64,000 nt of DNA, taken from positions 11,759 to 75,758 of the forward strand of contig JBMNFA010000006.1 in NCBI GenBank assembly GCA_050949055.1, given 5' to 3'. The DNA comes from Bacillota bacterium (GTDB lineage Bacteria; Bacillota; UBA994; UBA5500). Under the pieces are notes generated by a model that was not told the origin of the DNA, ran no database searches, and saw nothing but the letters and a program-made list of their open reading frames with translations. The position numbers and the translations under genes are program-made. The number at the start of each line of letters is the position of its first letter. Position 1 is the first letter of the stretch. Positions 37,447 to 48,597 of the stretch are shown here, in pieces.

Positions 37447-38084
37447 CTGTGCTGCGCTACCTGTGCCCGGCCTTCTCCGGATCGGGCCAGATCGCCATTT
37501 CCTCGATCATCCCGTCGGCGTATTCTACCTTCAAGATAATGTCCGTGGCCGTTACATCATCCAGGTGCAGTTGCCAGCTATGCGCAGTTGTCTGCGTGAG
37601 ACTGAGAGTGTGTCAGTTCCTGGTTGACATATATCCTTGCTTCCGCTGACACTATCCTCTGAAAATCGTAGTATCCGCCCGCCTTCTGTTCAAACTCCAG
37701 GGTTAAGTCCCATAGCGTCAAGGCCAAGACCAACTATTCATCTATTATCCCACACTACTCCCTATGGTCTTAGGCTTGACTCCCTACTATACTTAGTACG
37801 GGCCCCCAAGCAAGGAGTTGTACTTTAGCCGGGAGCTGCACGCTAGTGTCGGAGACAGCAGGTGGGGCTGGCTGTTGACCCTCCTAAGCACGCCGCCCGG
37901 CCGAGTCGAGCCCATACATCAATTCTGGTTGGCAGCCAGCGTCGGGGCGCCAGTCTGGCCAAACACCACCCCCATGGCTCTCATCCATGATTCCCGCATC
38001 ATGACTGTATTGTTGCGCTGGGGAGGTAAGGGACAGACAGACTGGGCTAGTCGCTGTTTGATGAAGAGGGTTAAGGAGGTAACC

Positions 38085-39320
38085 ATGTACAGTATCTTTA
38101 ATGCCATTCAGACCCGTCACTCCGTGCGCAAGTACAAGAGCGATCCGATTCCCGAACAGGTGCTCCAACAGATCATGGAGGCAGCGCGTTGGGCACCGTC
38201 TGGTGGAAACGGGCAGACGCACATCTTTGGTGTCGTCAAGGATCCAGACAAGCGGCAGGCGCTGGCGCAGGCCGCTGGCGAACAACTGTGGATAGCCGAC
38301 GCTCCTGTAGTCATCGCCTGTTGCGCCCGCCTATACAAGTCGGAAGAGGAAAGCGACTTCTCTCGACAGGTGAATTACCTGCGCTGGGGCAAAGAGGCGT
38401 ATGATTGGTTCCGCAGTTGCCCCAACCCCTATCACCTGGCTTTGTTGTTCCAGAACTCGGTTCCACTGATCCCAGGGGCCCATATTCAGCTGGCTGCGGC
38501 TGCCCATGGGCTGGGTACCTGCTGGATTGGCCATCTGGACATAACCAAGGCCAGCAACATCCTGGGACTGCCTGAGGACGTGCGCTGCTACTTCCTTATG
38601 CCCCTGGGGTATCCGGCCGAGGAGAAGAGACGGCCAAGAAAGCCACTGCGTGAGATAACCTTCGCCGATGAATGGGACCAAGAATGGCTGCCAGCTCGCA
38701 CTGCAGCACCCTTCGGAGAGCTGGTCTTGCGGTCCTATAAGGAAGCGGATGAAATAGCCTGGTTGAATATCTGGGGGCAGACTGCGGTGGGCTCAGATGC
38801 CTGGGTAGCCCTGCATCACCGTAAGCCACGTTATCAGCGTCCTGCTCTGGAGTTGGTGGCAGAGATGAACGGCGAGCTGGTGGGCTTTATGGATGTGGAA
38901 GTGGAAACGGAGCCGGAGCAATTGGGATACGCACAAGATAGCTGCTGCGGCTTCGTTTGGGAGTTGGGGGTGCACCTCAGCTATCGGCGGCGCGGCATCG
39001 CCAGAGCGATGATCGAGCGGGCGCAGAGGTGGCTAACCGAGCTCGGGATCAGGCGCATGGAATTCTGGTCCATGGATGAGGGCGCCCAAGGCTTCTATCG
39101 CCACCTCGGCATGCAGGAGATGGAGCGGCACTGGCAGTTCCATTTGCGCTTGCCCGAGGGAGTTGCTGATGCCATGCGCAAGCAGGATCGGGTGGGGTTA
39201 CAGTTGGCCTTCGGCACGTGTCCCATCGATTCTTTGGAGAAACTGCAGCAACCCTATCGAATCGAGGCTGACGGTGTAAGACAGCCTAAGGTCTGCATCG
39301 GCTACGATTATCGCTGGTAG
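38085..39320 (+). CDS. fusion protein: nitroreductase-family domain followed by a GNAT N-acetyltransferase domain
   Basis: N-terminal half RHSVRKY...APSGGNGQTHIF (nitroreductase); C-terminal half HLSYRRRGIARAMIERA (GNAT motif A). The start is the ATG at 38085, with SD aaggagg 7 nt upstream. Confidence 0.7.
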   Translation: MYSIFNAIQTRHSVRKYKSDPIPEQVLQQIMEAARWAPSGGNGQTHIFGVVKDPDKRQALAQAAGEQLWIADAPVVIACCARLYKSEEESDFSRQVNYLRWGKEAYDWFRSCPNPYHLALLFQNSVPLIPGAHIQLAAAAHGLGTCWIGHLDITKASNILGLPEDVRCYFLMPLGYPAEEKRRPRKPLREITFADEWDQEWLPARTAAPFGELVLRSYKEADEIAWLNIWGQTAVGSDAWVALHHRKPRYQRPALELVAEMNGELVGFMDVEVETEPEQLGYAQDSCCGFVWELGVHLSYRRRGIARAMIERAQRWLTELGIRRMEFWSMDEGAQGFYRHLGMQEMERHWQFHLRLPEGVADAMRKQDRVGLQLAFGTCPIDSLEKLQQPYRIEADGVRQPKVCIGYDYRW

Positions 39321-39421
39321 TCTACAGCAGGCCACCTCTGGTACATGTCCGGAGCATAGTCTGCCCGGTTTGGGAATAGAACAAGGTCTGGCACCCGTAA
39401 TCAGTTTGGGAGGGATGAGAA

Positions 39422-40408
39422 GTGAATCATTACTTAGGTCAGCCGGTCCATAAACGGCTGCGATTGCTGCTCCTAGCATTGGCGATCGTCTTTGTCGCGG
39501 TCGGATGCCACTCCAGCGCCCAGCAGCGCAACTGGCTGGAAGTGAGCGAAGATGACATGGAGCATCTGCTCAGTCTGCATGATCACGATATGATGATGTC
39601 ATGGGTGGAGGAACTTACTGGGGAGAAATACGGCGGGCGGGAGGCTGGCACTGAGCACGAGGACTTGGCTGGTGACTATATCGTTCAGGTGCTGCAGTCA
39701 CTAGGTCTACAGCCTTGGCGGGAGGCTGGGCTGGAAGAATACCGCCACTCCTTTCAACTCCCTCGCAGGAGCGAGCCCTCGGAGAACATCGTCGCGGTAT
39801 TGCCCGGCAGGAGCAAGGACGAGTTTCTATTGATCGGCGCTCACTATGATCACATCGGGATTATTGATGGTGTCTATCATCCTGGTGCGGATGACAACGC
39901 GGTCGGGACAGCCGCAGTTCTGGAGCTGGCGCGCATCTTTAGCCAATGCGAACTGACGCCGGAGCGGACCATTGTCTTTGTGCTCTTCTCAGGCGAGGAG
40001 AAGGGTATGATCGGCAGCCAGGCTCTGGTGGAGCATCTGCGGCAGCAAGCACTGGATGACCAGGTGATGTTGCTGAATTTGGACGTGATCGCAGGAGTTG
40101 AGGGCGACACGTTGGTGGTCTTTGACGGCGGGTTTAGAATCAATCAGCCCTGGTCAAACCGGGCGGAGTTGGAGGCCGAGGCCGCTGGTGTCGAGGCGGA
40201 GATTTCCAGGCAACTGGCAGGTGGGGTGGATAGCATGCGGTTCACTGAGAAGAAGATTCCAGGCATCACCCTAGTTTGGGGAGACCTGAGAGAGAATCAT
40301 CCGCATCTACATTTGCCCACGGATACTGTAGAGAACCTCAATCAGGAAATCGTGGCCGCCGCCACCCGCGCCGCCATTCGCATTGCTTGGGCATTCGCCA
40401 TGAGGTAG
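39422..40408 (+). CDS. M28 family zinc aminopeptidase, lipoprotein
   Basis: Signal peptide plus lipobox VAVGC; GAHYDH...DDNAVGTA...SGEEKGMIGS metal ligands. Confidence 0.8.
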   Translation: MNHYLGQPVHKRLRLLLLALAIVFVAVGCHSSAQQRNWLEVSEDDMEHLLSLHDHDMMMSWVEELTGEKYGGREAGTEHEDLAGDYIVQVLQSLGLQPWREAGLEEYRHSFQLPRRSEPSENIVAVLPGRSKDEFLLIGAHYDHIGIIDGVYHPGADDNAVGTAAVLELARIFSQCELTPERTIVFVLFSGEEKGMIGSQALVEHLRQQALDDQVMLLNLDVIAGVEGDTLVVFDGGFRINQPWSNRAELEAEAAGVEAEISRQLAGGVDSMRFTEKKIPGITLVWGDLRENHPHLHLPTDTVENLNQEIVAAATRAAIRIAWAFAMR

Positions 40409-40481
40409 GATGGGCGCAGGTCGGGAACCTAATCCTGGGGGGGGATTGCGATTGCAGCAGTGGAGAGCGATTGAGCGGGTG

Positions 40482-41234
40482 ATGGAGGCGGCGAAGTCGT
40501 GCGCGGAGGTAAAGGCGATCTTTCTCAAGGGTTCTCTGGCCACCGGTAGGACTGATCAATACTCGGACGTGGACTTTTATTGTCTGGTTAGTGATACCGA
40601 TCTGGCAGCCTTCTTGGACAAACGCCTTGACCTGCTGCGCTCTTATCGCCCGTTGTTGTTTTATAGCCATTCCGATTTTGTCGGTCCGCAAATCGTGGCG
40701 GTTTTCGACGACGGGTTGCACTTCGACCTATACACGGTTACCGAACAGCGCTTTCCGCTAGCGGGACCTATGCGTGTACTGTACGATCCGCACGGTCTGC
40801 TTAGCCAGTACCTGGCACGGCAGCAAACACACGCATTGTCTCCGGCTGACCTGATCGAGAACTTTAACTCTTTCACTTTCAGTCTGCTGGAGTTCGTGAC
40901 CGCATGGCAGCGCGGCGATCGCTGCTGGGCCTACCGCTTGGCCAGCCACCTGTCCGGTCACCTGGCCTTAGCCCTCAGGCATCGCTACGATCCCGACCAG
41001 GGGCAACTGGGAATGAAGCGCCTGGAACCAGTACTGCCTACCGCTATCCGGCGGGTTTTTCGCCATGCAGTCAGCCAGGCTGCCAGTGATAGCAGCCCGC
41101 ACGCTGTGGGTACATTCAGCCGCCTGATGGCGAGTGCAATGCGTGAACTGGAGGCGAGTGGCCAGTTGGCTGTGGATTGGCGTTTCTTCAACTTCATGCA
41201 ACGGGAGCTGGAGCGAATAAAGGCCAGGCGGTAG
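40482..41234 (+). CDS. nucleotidyltransferase, aminoglycoside 6-adenylyltransferase (ANT(6)/AadK)-like
   Basis: GSLATGRTDQYSDVDFYCLVSD parallels the ANT(6) N-terminal motif; the start is approximate. Confidence 0.55.
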   Translation: MEAAKSCAEVKAIFLKGSLATGRTDQYSDVDFYCLVSDTDLAAFLDKRLDLLRSYRPLLFYSHSDFVGPQIVAVFDDGLHFDLYTVTEQRFPLAGPMRVLYDPHGLLSQYLARQQTHALSPADLIENFNSFTFSLLEFVTAWQRGDRCWAYRLASHLSGHLALALRHRYDPDQGQLGMKRLEPVLPTAIRRVFRHAVSQAASDSSPHAVGTFSRLMASAMRELEASGQLAVDWRFFNFMQRELERIKARR

Positions 41235-41292
41235 CAGGAGGCGACGCTGGCTGCAGAGAAGTCTCTATTAGAGAAGTCTCTACTTTGGAGGT

Positions 41293-42489
41293 GTGACAGC
41301 GATGCAAGCAGCCTTATCCGGAATTCGGGTACTCGACTTGACCAGGGTCTTGGCGGGCCCCTATGCCACAATGATTCTGGCGGATATGGGAGCAGATGTA
41401 ATCAAGATTGAGCGGCCAGGCACAGGCGATGACTCGCGCAGCTACGGCCCCTACCAAAACGGCGAGAGCGCCTATTTCATGAGTCTCAACCGCAACAAGC
41501 GCAGCATCACCCTGGACCTAAAGCAGCAACCTGGGAAAGAGATCTTTCTAGCCCTGGTCAAGCAGGCGGATGTGGTGGTGGAGAACTATCGGCCGGGCAC
41601 CATGGAACGCTTAGGCCTGGGATATGAGACTTTGCGGGATATCAACCCCCGCCTGGTGTATGCAGCTGTTTCCGGATTCGGGCACAGCGGGCCCTATAGC
41701 CAGCGGGCAGCCTATGATGGAGTGGTGCAGGCTATGGGCGGCATCATGAGCATCACGGGTAGCGAAGACGGCCGTCCCACCCGAGTAGGACCCTCCATCG
41801 GCGACTTAGCTGCCGGGCTGTTTTGCACCATCGGCATCCTTGCCGCTTTGGAAAGTAGACACCAAACAGGCTGTGGGCAGAAAGTGGATGTAGCCATGCT
41901 GGACTGCCAAGTGGCCTTGCTGGAGAATGCGATTGCCCGCTACGTGGTAACCGGGGAAGTGCCTCGCCCGGCGGGTAACCGTCATAGCTCCATTGTCCCG
42001 TTTGAACCATTTCAAACCAGCGACGGTGAAATAATGGTGGCGGCCGGCAACGACGCCCTCTGGGGCAAGCTTTGCCTGGCAATCGGCCGGCCAGAATTGG
42101 CGCACGACCCACGCTTCATTACTAATCCGCTGCGCAATCAATACTATGCCGAGCTGAAGCCACAGCTGGACGCGGTGTTCGCTGAGCGTAACACAGCTGA
42201 GTGGCTACAGATTCTGGAACAAGCGGGGGTACCAAACGGGTCGATCAACAGCATAGATCAGGTGATCAGAGATCCCCAAGTACAAGCCCGGGAGATGATT
42301 GTGGACATGGATCATCCGGTGGCCGGCAAAGTGACCATGCCGGGCATCCCGGTGAAGCTGAGTGAGACGCCTGGTAGCATCCGCATCCCGGCGCCAGTGC
42401 TGGGGCAGTCGACAGCGGAGATCCTGCGGGAACTGTTGGGGTACAGCGAGCAGCAGATCGCAGCGCTAAGGCATAAAGGGGTGGTCTAG
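41293..42489 (+). CDS. CoA transferase, family III (CaiB/BaiF)
   Basis: GIRVLDLTRVLAGPYATMILADMGADVIKIE N-terminus characteristic of family III CoA-transferases. Confidence 0.85.
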   Translation: MTAMQAALSGIRVLDLTRVLAGPYATMILADMGADVIKIERPGTGDDSRSYGPYQNGESAYFMSLNRNKRSITLDLKQQPGKEIFLALVKQADVVVENYRPGTMERLGLGYETLRDINPRLVYAAVSGFGHSGPYSQRAAYDGVVQAMGGIMSITGSEDGRPTRVGPSIGDLAAGLFCTIGILAALESRHQTGCGQKVDVAMLDCQVALLENAIARYVVTGEVPRPAGNRHSSIVPFEPFQTSDGEIMVAAGNDALWGKLCLAIGRPELAHDPRFITNPLRNQYYAELKPQLDAVFAERNTAEWLQILEQAGVPNGSINSIDQVIRDPQVQAREMIVDMDHPVAGKVTMPGIPVKLSETPGSIRIPAPVLGQSTAEILRELLGYSEQQIAALRHKGVV

Positions 42490-42637
42490 CTCAGGTTTCG
42501 CGAATGTGCAGAACCGCCGTTCCAGGCGATGGCAGGGCTGGACATTCCCGTCGTGTCACTGCAGAAGGGCAGCCATATTGCCCGGGAAATCAAGGTCAGG
42601 CGCATCGCTGCAGGGGATGTGATACGCGCACGGGCAA

Positions 42638-43660
42638 TTGCAGTTGCAGAGTAGAGGAGGTAGAGCGTTGACCATAGAGACGTTCGCAAACACTCTAGCC
42701 GGCTTGGGTGGGCAGCGTATCCTGGTGCTCTGCCACGACTATGCAGACGCGGATGCCATCGGTTCGGCGCTGGCGTTGGCAGAACTGGTAGGTGGCAGCC
42801 CTGGCGTTCCTAACTGTATAGCTGAACATACCCTCTCGTTCTATCATTTCTTGGACGGAGGCTTCTGCATCGGGCCGGATCCCGCCAACTACGATCTGAC
42901 CATAGTGGTGGACTGCGCCAGTGAGGACCAGCTGCCTGGGATCCGCCTCCCGAGCAAGTTCTTATTGATAGACCATCATCGGTGGAATTCACTACAGGCG
43001 GCTGCGGCGCTGGCCTTGCACCAGATAGAAGACTCCACCTGCCAACTGGTGTATCGTATCTATCAGGCTCTCGGGCATGGGCTCAGCCGACGAACCGCGC
43101 TCGCTTTGGCTGGCGGCATCGCCACCGACACAGTCAATCTGAAGCGAGCGGGCAACCGGACGTTGATGGAACTGGCTACGATTATGCAGCAGGGTGGAAT
43201 CACGCTGCAGGAAGTGCTCCACCAGCTGCGCTACAGCGGCCAGATGGAGAAGATGCAGCGGCTGCAGATAGCTGGGCAGAGTGTGGCCTGCGCTGTCGGA
43301 GACTTGGTCTTTGCGTTCGTGCGGGTGGAGCCAGGCAACGAGTACTACGGCACCATGCTGCTCACGGAGTTGGGAGCGGACGTTGCCCTCGCTCACAGCC
43401 AACACGCAGGAACGGTGGCCGCCCGCCTGGCGGTCGGTGCCGATACCAACACTATCGACGCCCAGCTGCTGCTGGCTCGGGCGATCGGCCCAGATGCTGT
43501 TGGTCGGGTGTGGGGGCACCGTCGGTTCGCTGGACATAACGGTGACATGGACCCCGAGTTGCTGGTTCTGGCCGTGAGAGAGCAGCTTGAGCACTGGGCG
43601 AAGCACAGCGGACGCCAGCGGCCATCGCAGCCAAAGGATGGTCAAGGTTGCCAGGGCTAA
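42638..43660 (+). CDS. DHH family phosphoesterase (NrnA-like oligoribonuclease/pAp phosphatase)
   Basis: DHH motifs HDYADADAIGS ... LIDHH. Confidence 0.7.
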   Translation: MQLQSRGGRALTIETFANTLAGLGGQRILVLCHDYADADAIGSALALAELVGGSPGVPNCIAEHTLSFYHFLDGGFCIGPDPANYDLTIVVDCASEDQLPGIRLPSKFLLIDHHRWNSLQAAAALALHQIEDSTCQLVYRIYQALGHGLSRRTALALAGGIATDTVNLKRAGNRTLMELATIMQQGGITLQEVLHQLRYSGQMEKMQRLQIAGQSVACAVGDLVFAFVRVEPGNEYYGTMLLTELGADVALAHSQHAGTVAARLAVGADTNTIDAQLLLARAIGPDAVGRVWGHRRFAGHNGDMDPELLVLAVREQLEHWAKHSGRQRPSQPKDGQGCQG

Positions 43661-43735
43661 ATCCAGTCGTGCGGCAGGTAGTCTGTGCTTTTTGTCGAAC
43701 TCTCATCTGGAAGACAAACGAGAGGAGTGCTTTGT

Positions 43736-44902
43736 ATGTGGGATATCAAAGCAAGTATAGAGGCCGTATTGCCGCAAGTGATCAACTGGCGTAGACACCT
43801 ACACCAACACCCGGAACTGGGATTGATGGAGCAGAACACCACCAAATTCGTGGCTGATGTGTTGACCAGCCTGGATATCGAAGTGAAGACCTTTGACGGT
43901 GTTACTGGCGTACTGGGCACCCTGAAGGGTGGTCTGCCCGGCAAAACCATTGCTCTCAGGGCAGACATGGACGCGCTGCCGATTGTAGAGGATAGCGACT
44001 GCGCATTCCGCTCCGTCAATCACGGAGTGATGCACGCTTGCGGTCATGATCTACACACGGCCAACCTGTTGGGTGTGGCCAGTGTCTTGGCAGCCCATCG
44101 GGAGGAAGTGCCTGGCACCGTCAAGTTCCTGTTCCAGCCCGGAGAGGAAGGCTACAACGGGGCTTCCCTGCTGATCGCGCAAGGGGTGATGGAGGGCATC
44201 GACCAGATCTACGCCCTACATGTCCAACCCGAGATTGCCACTGGACAGGTGAGCATTACTCCTGGATATTGTACCGCCAACTCCGACAGCGCGGTGATCA
44301 CCGTGTTGGGCAAAGGTGGGCACGGCGCTCATCCCGAGACAACGATTGACGCCGTGGTGGTGGGAGCAGAGATTGTCGGTGCTCTGCAGACCATCGTCAG
44401 CCGCAACCTGCCTGCTCAGGAAGCTGGCGTGGTTACTATTGGCACCTTCCACGCTGGTACGGTGCAGAACATTATCGCAGAGAGAGCGGAGATGCGGCTG
44501 TCGCTGCGCAGTCTCACGCCTGAGACCCAGACCAAGCTGCGGGAGCGCATCGAGGCGGTAGTTAAGGGTATCACTATGGCTCACGGTGCTGATTATGACT
44601 TCCAGTACAAGCTGGGCTACCCTGGCGTCAAGAACCATGAGATGGCCTTCGCCATCACCCAAAGGGCAGCCGCGCAGGTGATCGGCGAGGACAACGTGTT
44701 GATCCACCCCAAGGCTACCATGGTGGGGGAGGACTTCGCATACTACGGGCACCACGTTCCGGCCACGCTGTTTTGGCTGGGAGCTGCCGTAGATGACAAG
44801 ACGAAGCGGCGTCCGTTGCATAACCCAGGGGTGTTGTTTAACGAGGATTGCCTGCCTATCGGCATAGAAATAATGGTCAATCTGGTGCTTGGGGCGCAAT
44901 AG
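43736..44902 (+). CDS. M20D family amidohydrolase (N-acyl-L-amino acid amidohydrolase / hippuricase-like)
   Basis: LHQHPELG...MHACGHD metal-binding motifs; start at ATG 43736, with SD gagaggag upstream. Confidence 0.85.
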   Translation: MWDIKASIEAVLPQVINWRRHLHQHPELGLMEQNTTKFVADVLTSLDIEVKTFDGVTGVLGTLKGGLPGKTIALRADMDALPIVEDSDCAFRSVNHGVMHACGHDLHTANLLGVASVLAAHREEVPGTVKFLFQPGEEGYNGASLLIAQGVMEGIDQIYALHVQPEIATGQVSITPGYCTANSDSAVITVLGKGGHGAHPETTIDAVVVGAEIVGALQTIVSRNLPAQEAGVVTIGTFHAGTVQNIIAERAEMRLSLRSLTPETQTKLRERIEAVVKGITMAHGADYDFQYKLGYPGVKNHEMAFAITQRAAAQVIGEDNVLIHPKATMVGEDFAYYGHHVPATLFWLGAAVDDKTKRRPLHNPGVLFNEDCLPIGIEIMVNLVLGAQ

Positions 44903-44938
44903 GCGAAATAGGGAAGCTATATTCCCACTCTTTCGATG

Positions 44939-44997
44939 ACACAGCGGGAGTGTACCTGGTAACACAGCCATGTTACAGGGTACACGTCCCGCTGTAT
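44939..44997. repeat. REP family B copy 2 (acagcgggagtgtacc...ggtacacgtcccgctgt)
   Basis: 16-17-bp arms with a palindromic spacer. Confidence 0.7.
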
Positions 44998-45175
44998 CAT
45001 TTCGAAGGACGTTGATCTTGCAGCCAGTGCTTTTAGGTGAAGGGTATCTGCCTACTGGTGGAGAATGAAGATGCCCGAACGGTCTTGGAGGATCGACGAA
45101 ACTTGTTTGTGGGAGGGTGATACGCATGCGTCCGGAAGTAGTTCAGTTCAGACCAGGAATGCCAGTACGAGCAAG

Positions 45176-46198
45176 ATGTCTAATAAGCCGCCGTATACCA
45201 TAACGAACTAGCCGCCGATTACCTGGCAAGAATCGTTGAAGCCGTGACCAGGCTTGAGTACGGCACGGAGTTTAAGCGTGACATCCGACTGCATAGGGAG
45301 AACCGGGTGCGAACTATCCACTCGTCTTTGGCCATTGAGGGAAATTCTTTGACGCTCAACGAAGTAACCGCTGTGATTGAGGGAAAGGCAGTAGCGGGCA
45401 AGCAGACGGAAATTAATGAGGTCAAGAACGCTTACGAAGCCTACGACAGGATTATGGCGTTTGACCCCTACTCCGTTAAGGACTTTCTAGAAGTCCATAG
45501 GCTGATGACGGACGGACTGGTTGAAGAGGCCGGTAGATTCCGCAGTGGTGACGTTGGTGTGTTTGCTGGCGATGTGGCGGTTCATATAGGTGCACGTCCG
45601 CAGTTCGTGCCTCGGCTTGTGGCAGAGTTGTTCGCTTGGGCGAAAGAGTCAGAACTACACCCCGTACTGAAGAGTGCGATACTGCATTAGGAAATCAAAA
45701 CCATTCACCCGTTTGCAGATGGTAATGGACGCATGGGGCGGTTGTGGCAGACGCTACTTCTTGACAAATGGAACGCCCTTTTGCCTGGATTCCGATGGAG
45801 TCGGCGCATTATCAAAACAGACCGCAGTATTATCAGGCGATCGAGGAAGCAACGAAAGCGAACGACTCGGGCGTGTTTATCGAGTTCACGCTTTCGGCGC
45901 TCTATGGCATCATTACGGCACAGGAAAAGCATCAAGTTAAGCACGAGGATAAGCACCAAGTCGATTTGAGCGACACGCAGATCGCCGTGCTGAAGGCACT
46001 TGAAGGTGAAACGCTGTCGCTCAAAGATATTTTTGAGGCAATCGAAATTCACGGCGATTCGCGCTCGTTTAAGCGAATGCCGAACCGCTTCTGACAGAGG
46101 GTTTCATCGAAATGACCGTTCCTGATAAGCCGAACAGCAGACTGCAGAAGTACAGGCTGAGCGAAAGCGGTGAAGCGTTTATTAGCGAAAGGCGCTGA
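45176..46198 (+). pseudogene. Fic/Doc family protein gene disrupted by at least four lesions
   Basis: The MSNKPPYTIT start is followed by a frameshift, then the IEGN motif region, then an in-frame TAG at 45688-45690 immediately before the intact Fic motif HPFADGNGR. Further frameshifts lie near 45770 and near 46085 before the C-terminal ...PNSRLQKYRLSESG. Confidence 0.55.
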
Positions 46199-46328
46199 AG
46201 CAGCCCGCCAGGCTTCTTAATATTGTGACAGGAGAGTCCGGGCATTAAGGCCTGAGCAGAGGAGACGAGTCATTGCTGAAGGAGCACACCGCAGACAGGC
46301 GGTGTGCTCTTTTCGAGTCCAGTCTCGA

Positions 46329-46766
46329 CTAACGCTTGCCTGTTCTAACCATCATCAGGCCGATTAAGAAGACCACTAGCATGATGCCGCCAGCTCTCAA
46401 CAGACGTGATGGGTCGCTAAGGGATTGCTCCATTAAGGATACAAGGATGGCGACGATCAACACCAACAGATAGAGACCAGCGCCCACCATCAGCATCAAT
46501 CCGTACATCCGGCGCAGGCGGCCCCGCTCGAATATGGGGTGGCGGCGCTTGCCTCCCAGGTAGTGTCCCGGGTCATACTGGTGGCGCTGCCACTCTTCCA
46601 GCTCTTCCAGATATTCTTCTGCCGGCGAATCCGGCTTGCGTTCCTCTGACAAACCATTCTCTCCTCTCTGTTTGGCGGTGGCGGTTCGTAGGGGCGGGTC
46701 GATTGAGCCCGTCGTTCGCTCACAGTCGGTGATGGCAATAGAACAGTTCTGGGTCGCCTGGGTCAA
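46329..46766 (-). CDS. hypothetical membrane protein (acidic N-terminal region plus 2 TM helices)
   Basis: ORF with two hydrophobic helices; the start is uncertain because the track start overlaps the upstream GNAT gene. Confidence 0.4.
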   Translation of the reverse strand: MTQATQNCSIAITDCERTTGSIDPPLRTATAKQRGENGLSEERKPDSPAEEYLEELEEWQRHQYDPGHYLGGKRRHPIFERGRLRRMYGLMLMVGAGLYLLVLIVAILVSLMEQSLSDPSRLLRAGGIMLVVFLIGLMMVRTGKR

Positions 46767-47154
46767 GCTGGTCGACCCAGCCGCACCGCCAAAACCCGCA
46801 GCTCTCCAGCAGACGTTGCATGGGCAGGTTGGAGCTGTTGGTGGAGGTAAACAGTTTCTCTGTCCGGCAGATCCCCTTCAGTTCTTTGAGCATGAACTTA
46901 CCTATGCCCTGGCGGCGTCTATGCTCCTGCACCACCAGCAACTCTATAAACCCATTTCCGAAGAAGTGATAGTGCAGGATGCCGTAGGCCACCATTTCCC
47001 GACCAAGCATGACCACATAGCATTGCTCCTGCTCAATGGCTCCTTGGATCAGCTGCTTGCGCGTCGTTGAGCCAGTGGCGGTATGGTCCAGCATAGCAAC
47101 TTGCCCCAGTTCTTCCACAGTGGCTAGACGCATCCGGCATTCGATTAAGGACAT
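46720..47154 (-). CDS. GNAT family N-acetyltransferase
   Basis: HRRRQGIGKFML motif A; start at ATG 47152-47154, with SD ggagggag upstream. Confidence 0.7.
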   Translation of the reverse strand: MSLIECRMRLATVEELGQVAMLDHTATGSTTRKQLIQGAIEQEQCYVVMLGREMVAYGILHYHFFGNGFIELLVVQEHRRRQGIGKFMLKELKGICRTEKLFTSTNSSNLPMQRLLESCGFWRCGWVDQLDPGDPELFYCHHRL

Positions 47155-47574
47155 CTTTAGCTCCCTCCCGCTGGCTTCCACGGAGGTTCCACGAGCGCCA
47201 GCGCTGCTCAGTGTGTTGTCACTGACCAACAAGTTCGCGGTTTGAAGTTGGCGTTCCTGCCTTGCTGGCAAACTCCATTTCGCCGTGGGGGAGCAGGAAA
47301 GTTCTCCAGGTAAGCAGAACAGTGGAGTCGGGGAGGAGGGGGTGATGCGGCACTAGATCTGGCCACACGCAAGATCTGATAGGGAACACGAGGGGACTAG
47401 GACATGCTGGAGGCCTGCGATGCCTGTTTGGCAGAAGACCAAGTGGGCGCCTTTGACATGGTTTCCTGGTTCCCCCAAGAAATATCCTTCGCATGGCGGA
47501 AATGTCAGTCAATAACATCCCCTGGAATGCGATATAATGAGATCAGCCACCACTAAGAACAAGGAGGTATCGGA

Positions 47575-48597
47575 GTGGACAGACAGCAGATAGAGTGGAG
47601 CAAACTCGGCTTCAGCTATGTGAACACCGAGTACCGTTATCGCTCCTATTGGAAGGATGGACATTGGGACGAAGGGGCCCTGACTACGGACAACCAACTA
47701 CATATTAGCGAGGGCTCTACGGCGTTACACTACGGCCAAGCATGTTTTGAGGGCTTGAAGGCCTATCGGAATAAGGATGGTCAGGCGCAGCTGTTCCGTC
47801 CAGATAGAAATGCCATCAGAATGCAGGAGAGCTGCCGCCGACTGTTGATGCCCGAATTCCCGGTAGAACGGTTCATCGATGCCTGCTTCCAGGTGATCAA
47901 GGCCAACGAAGCCATGGTGCCACCCTATGGGAGCGGCGCGACTCTATACCTAAGGCCTTTTATGATCGGTGTAGGCGACAACCTGGGCGTGCGCCCGGCA
48001 CAGGAGTACATCTTCTCGTTGTTCTGTTCACCGGTAGGGCCCTACTTCAAAGGCGGCATGAAGCCGGTCAACTTTATCGTTACTGATTATGACCGGGCAG
48101 CTCCCTACGGCACCGGAGCCGCTAAGGTAGGCGGAAACTACGCAGCCAGCCTGCTGCCCCATGAATTGGCTGTCAAGCAGGGATTTGCCGATTGCATCTA
48201 CTTGGATCCGGCAACCCATACCCTGATCGAAGAGGTGGGAGCAGCCAACTTCTTTGGTATCACCAAAGACAACAAGTTTGTCACCCCCAAGTCACCTTCC
48301 ATTCTGCCCAGCATCACCAAGTACTCGTTGCTCCAGGTGGCCAAAGACTATCTGGGAATGGAAGTGGAGGAAAGGGACGTACCCATCGACGAACTGGACC
48401 AGTTCGTGGAGGCGGGAGCCTGCGGTACTGCTGCGGTGATCACTCCCATCGGCGGTATCGAATACAAGGGCAAGCTGCATGTCTTCTACAGCGAGACAGA
48501 AGTCGGACCAGTGACGAAGAAGCTGTATGAGACGCTGGTTGGCATTCAGTTTGGCGATATCCCCGCCCCTGAGGGCTGGATCGTCCCGGTGAAGTAG
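47575..48597 (+). CDS. ilvE: branched-chain amino acid aminotransferase (class IV PLP enzyme)
   Basis: 340 aa; BCAT family pattern including the EGLKAYR and the C-terminal [12 protein letters not shown] region. Confidence 0.88.
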   Translation: MDRQQIEWSKLGFSYVNTEYRYRSYWKDGHWDEGALTTDNQLHISEGSTALHYGQACFEGLKAYRNKDGQAQLFRPDRNAIRMQESCRRLLMPEFPVERFIDACFQVIKANEAMVPPYGSGATLYLRPFMIGVGDNLGVRPAQEYIFSLFCSPVGPYFKGGMKPVNFIVTDYDRAAPYGTGAAKVGGNYAASLLPHELAVKQGFADCIYLDPATHTLIEEVGAANFFGITKDNKFVTPKSPSILPSITKYSLLQVAKDYLGMEVEERDVPIDELDQFVEAGACGTAAVITPIGGIEYKGKLHVFYSETEVGPVTKKLYETLVGIQFGDIPAPEGWIVPVK

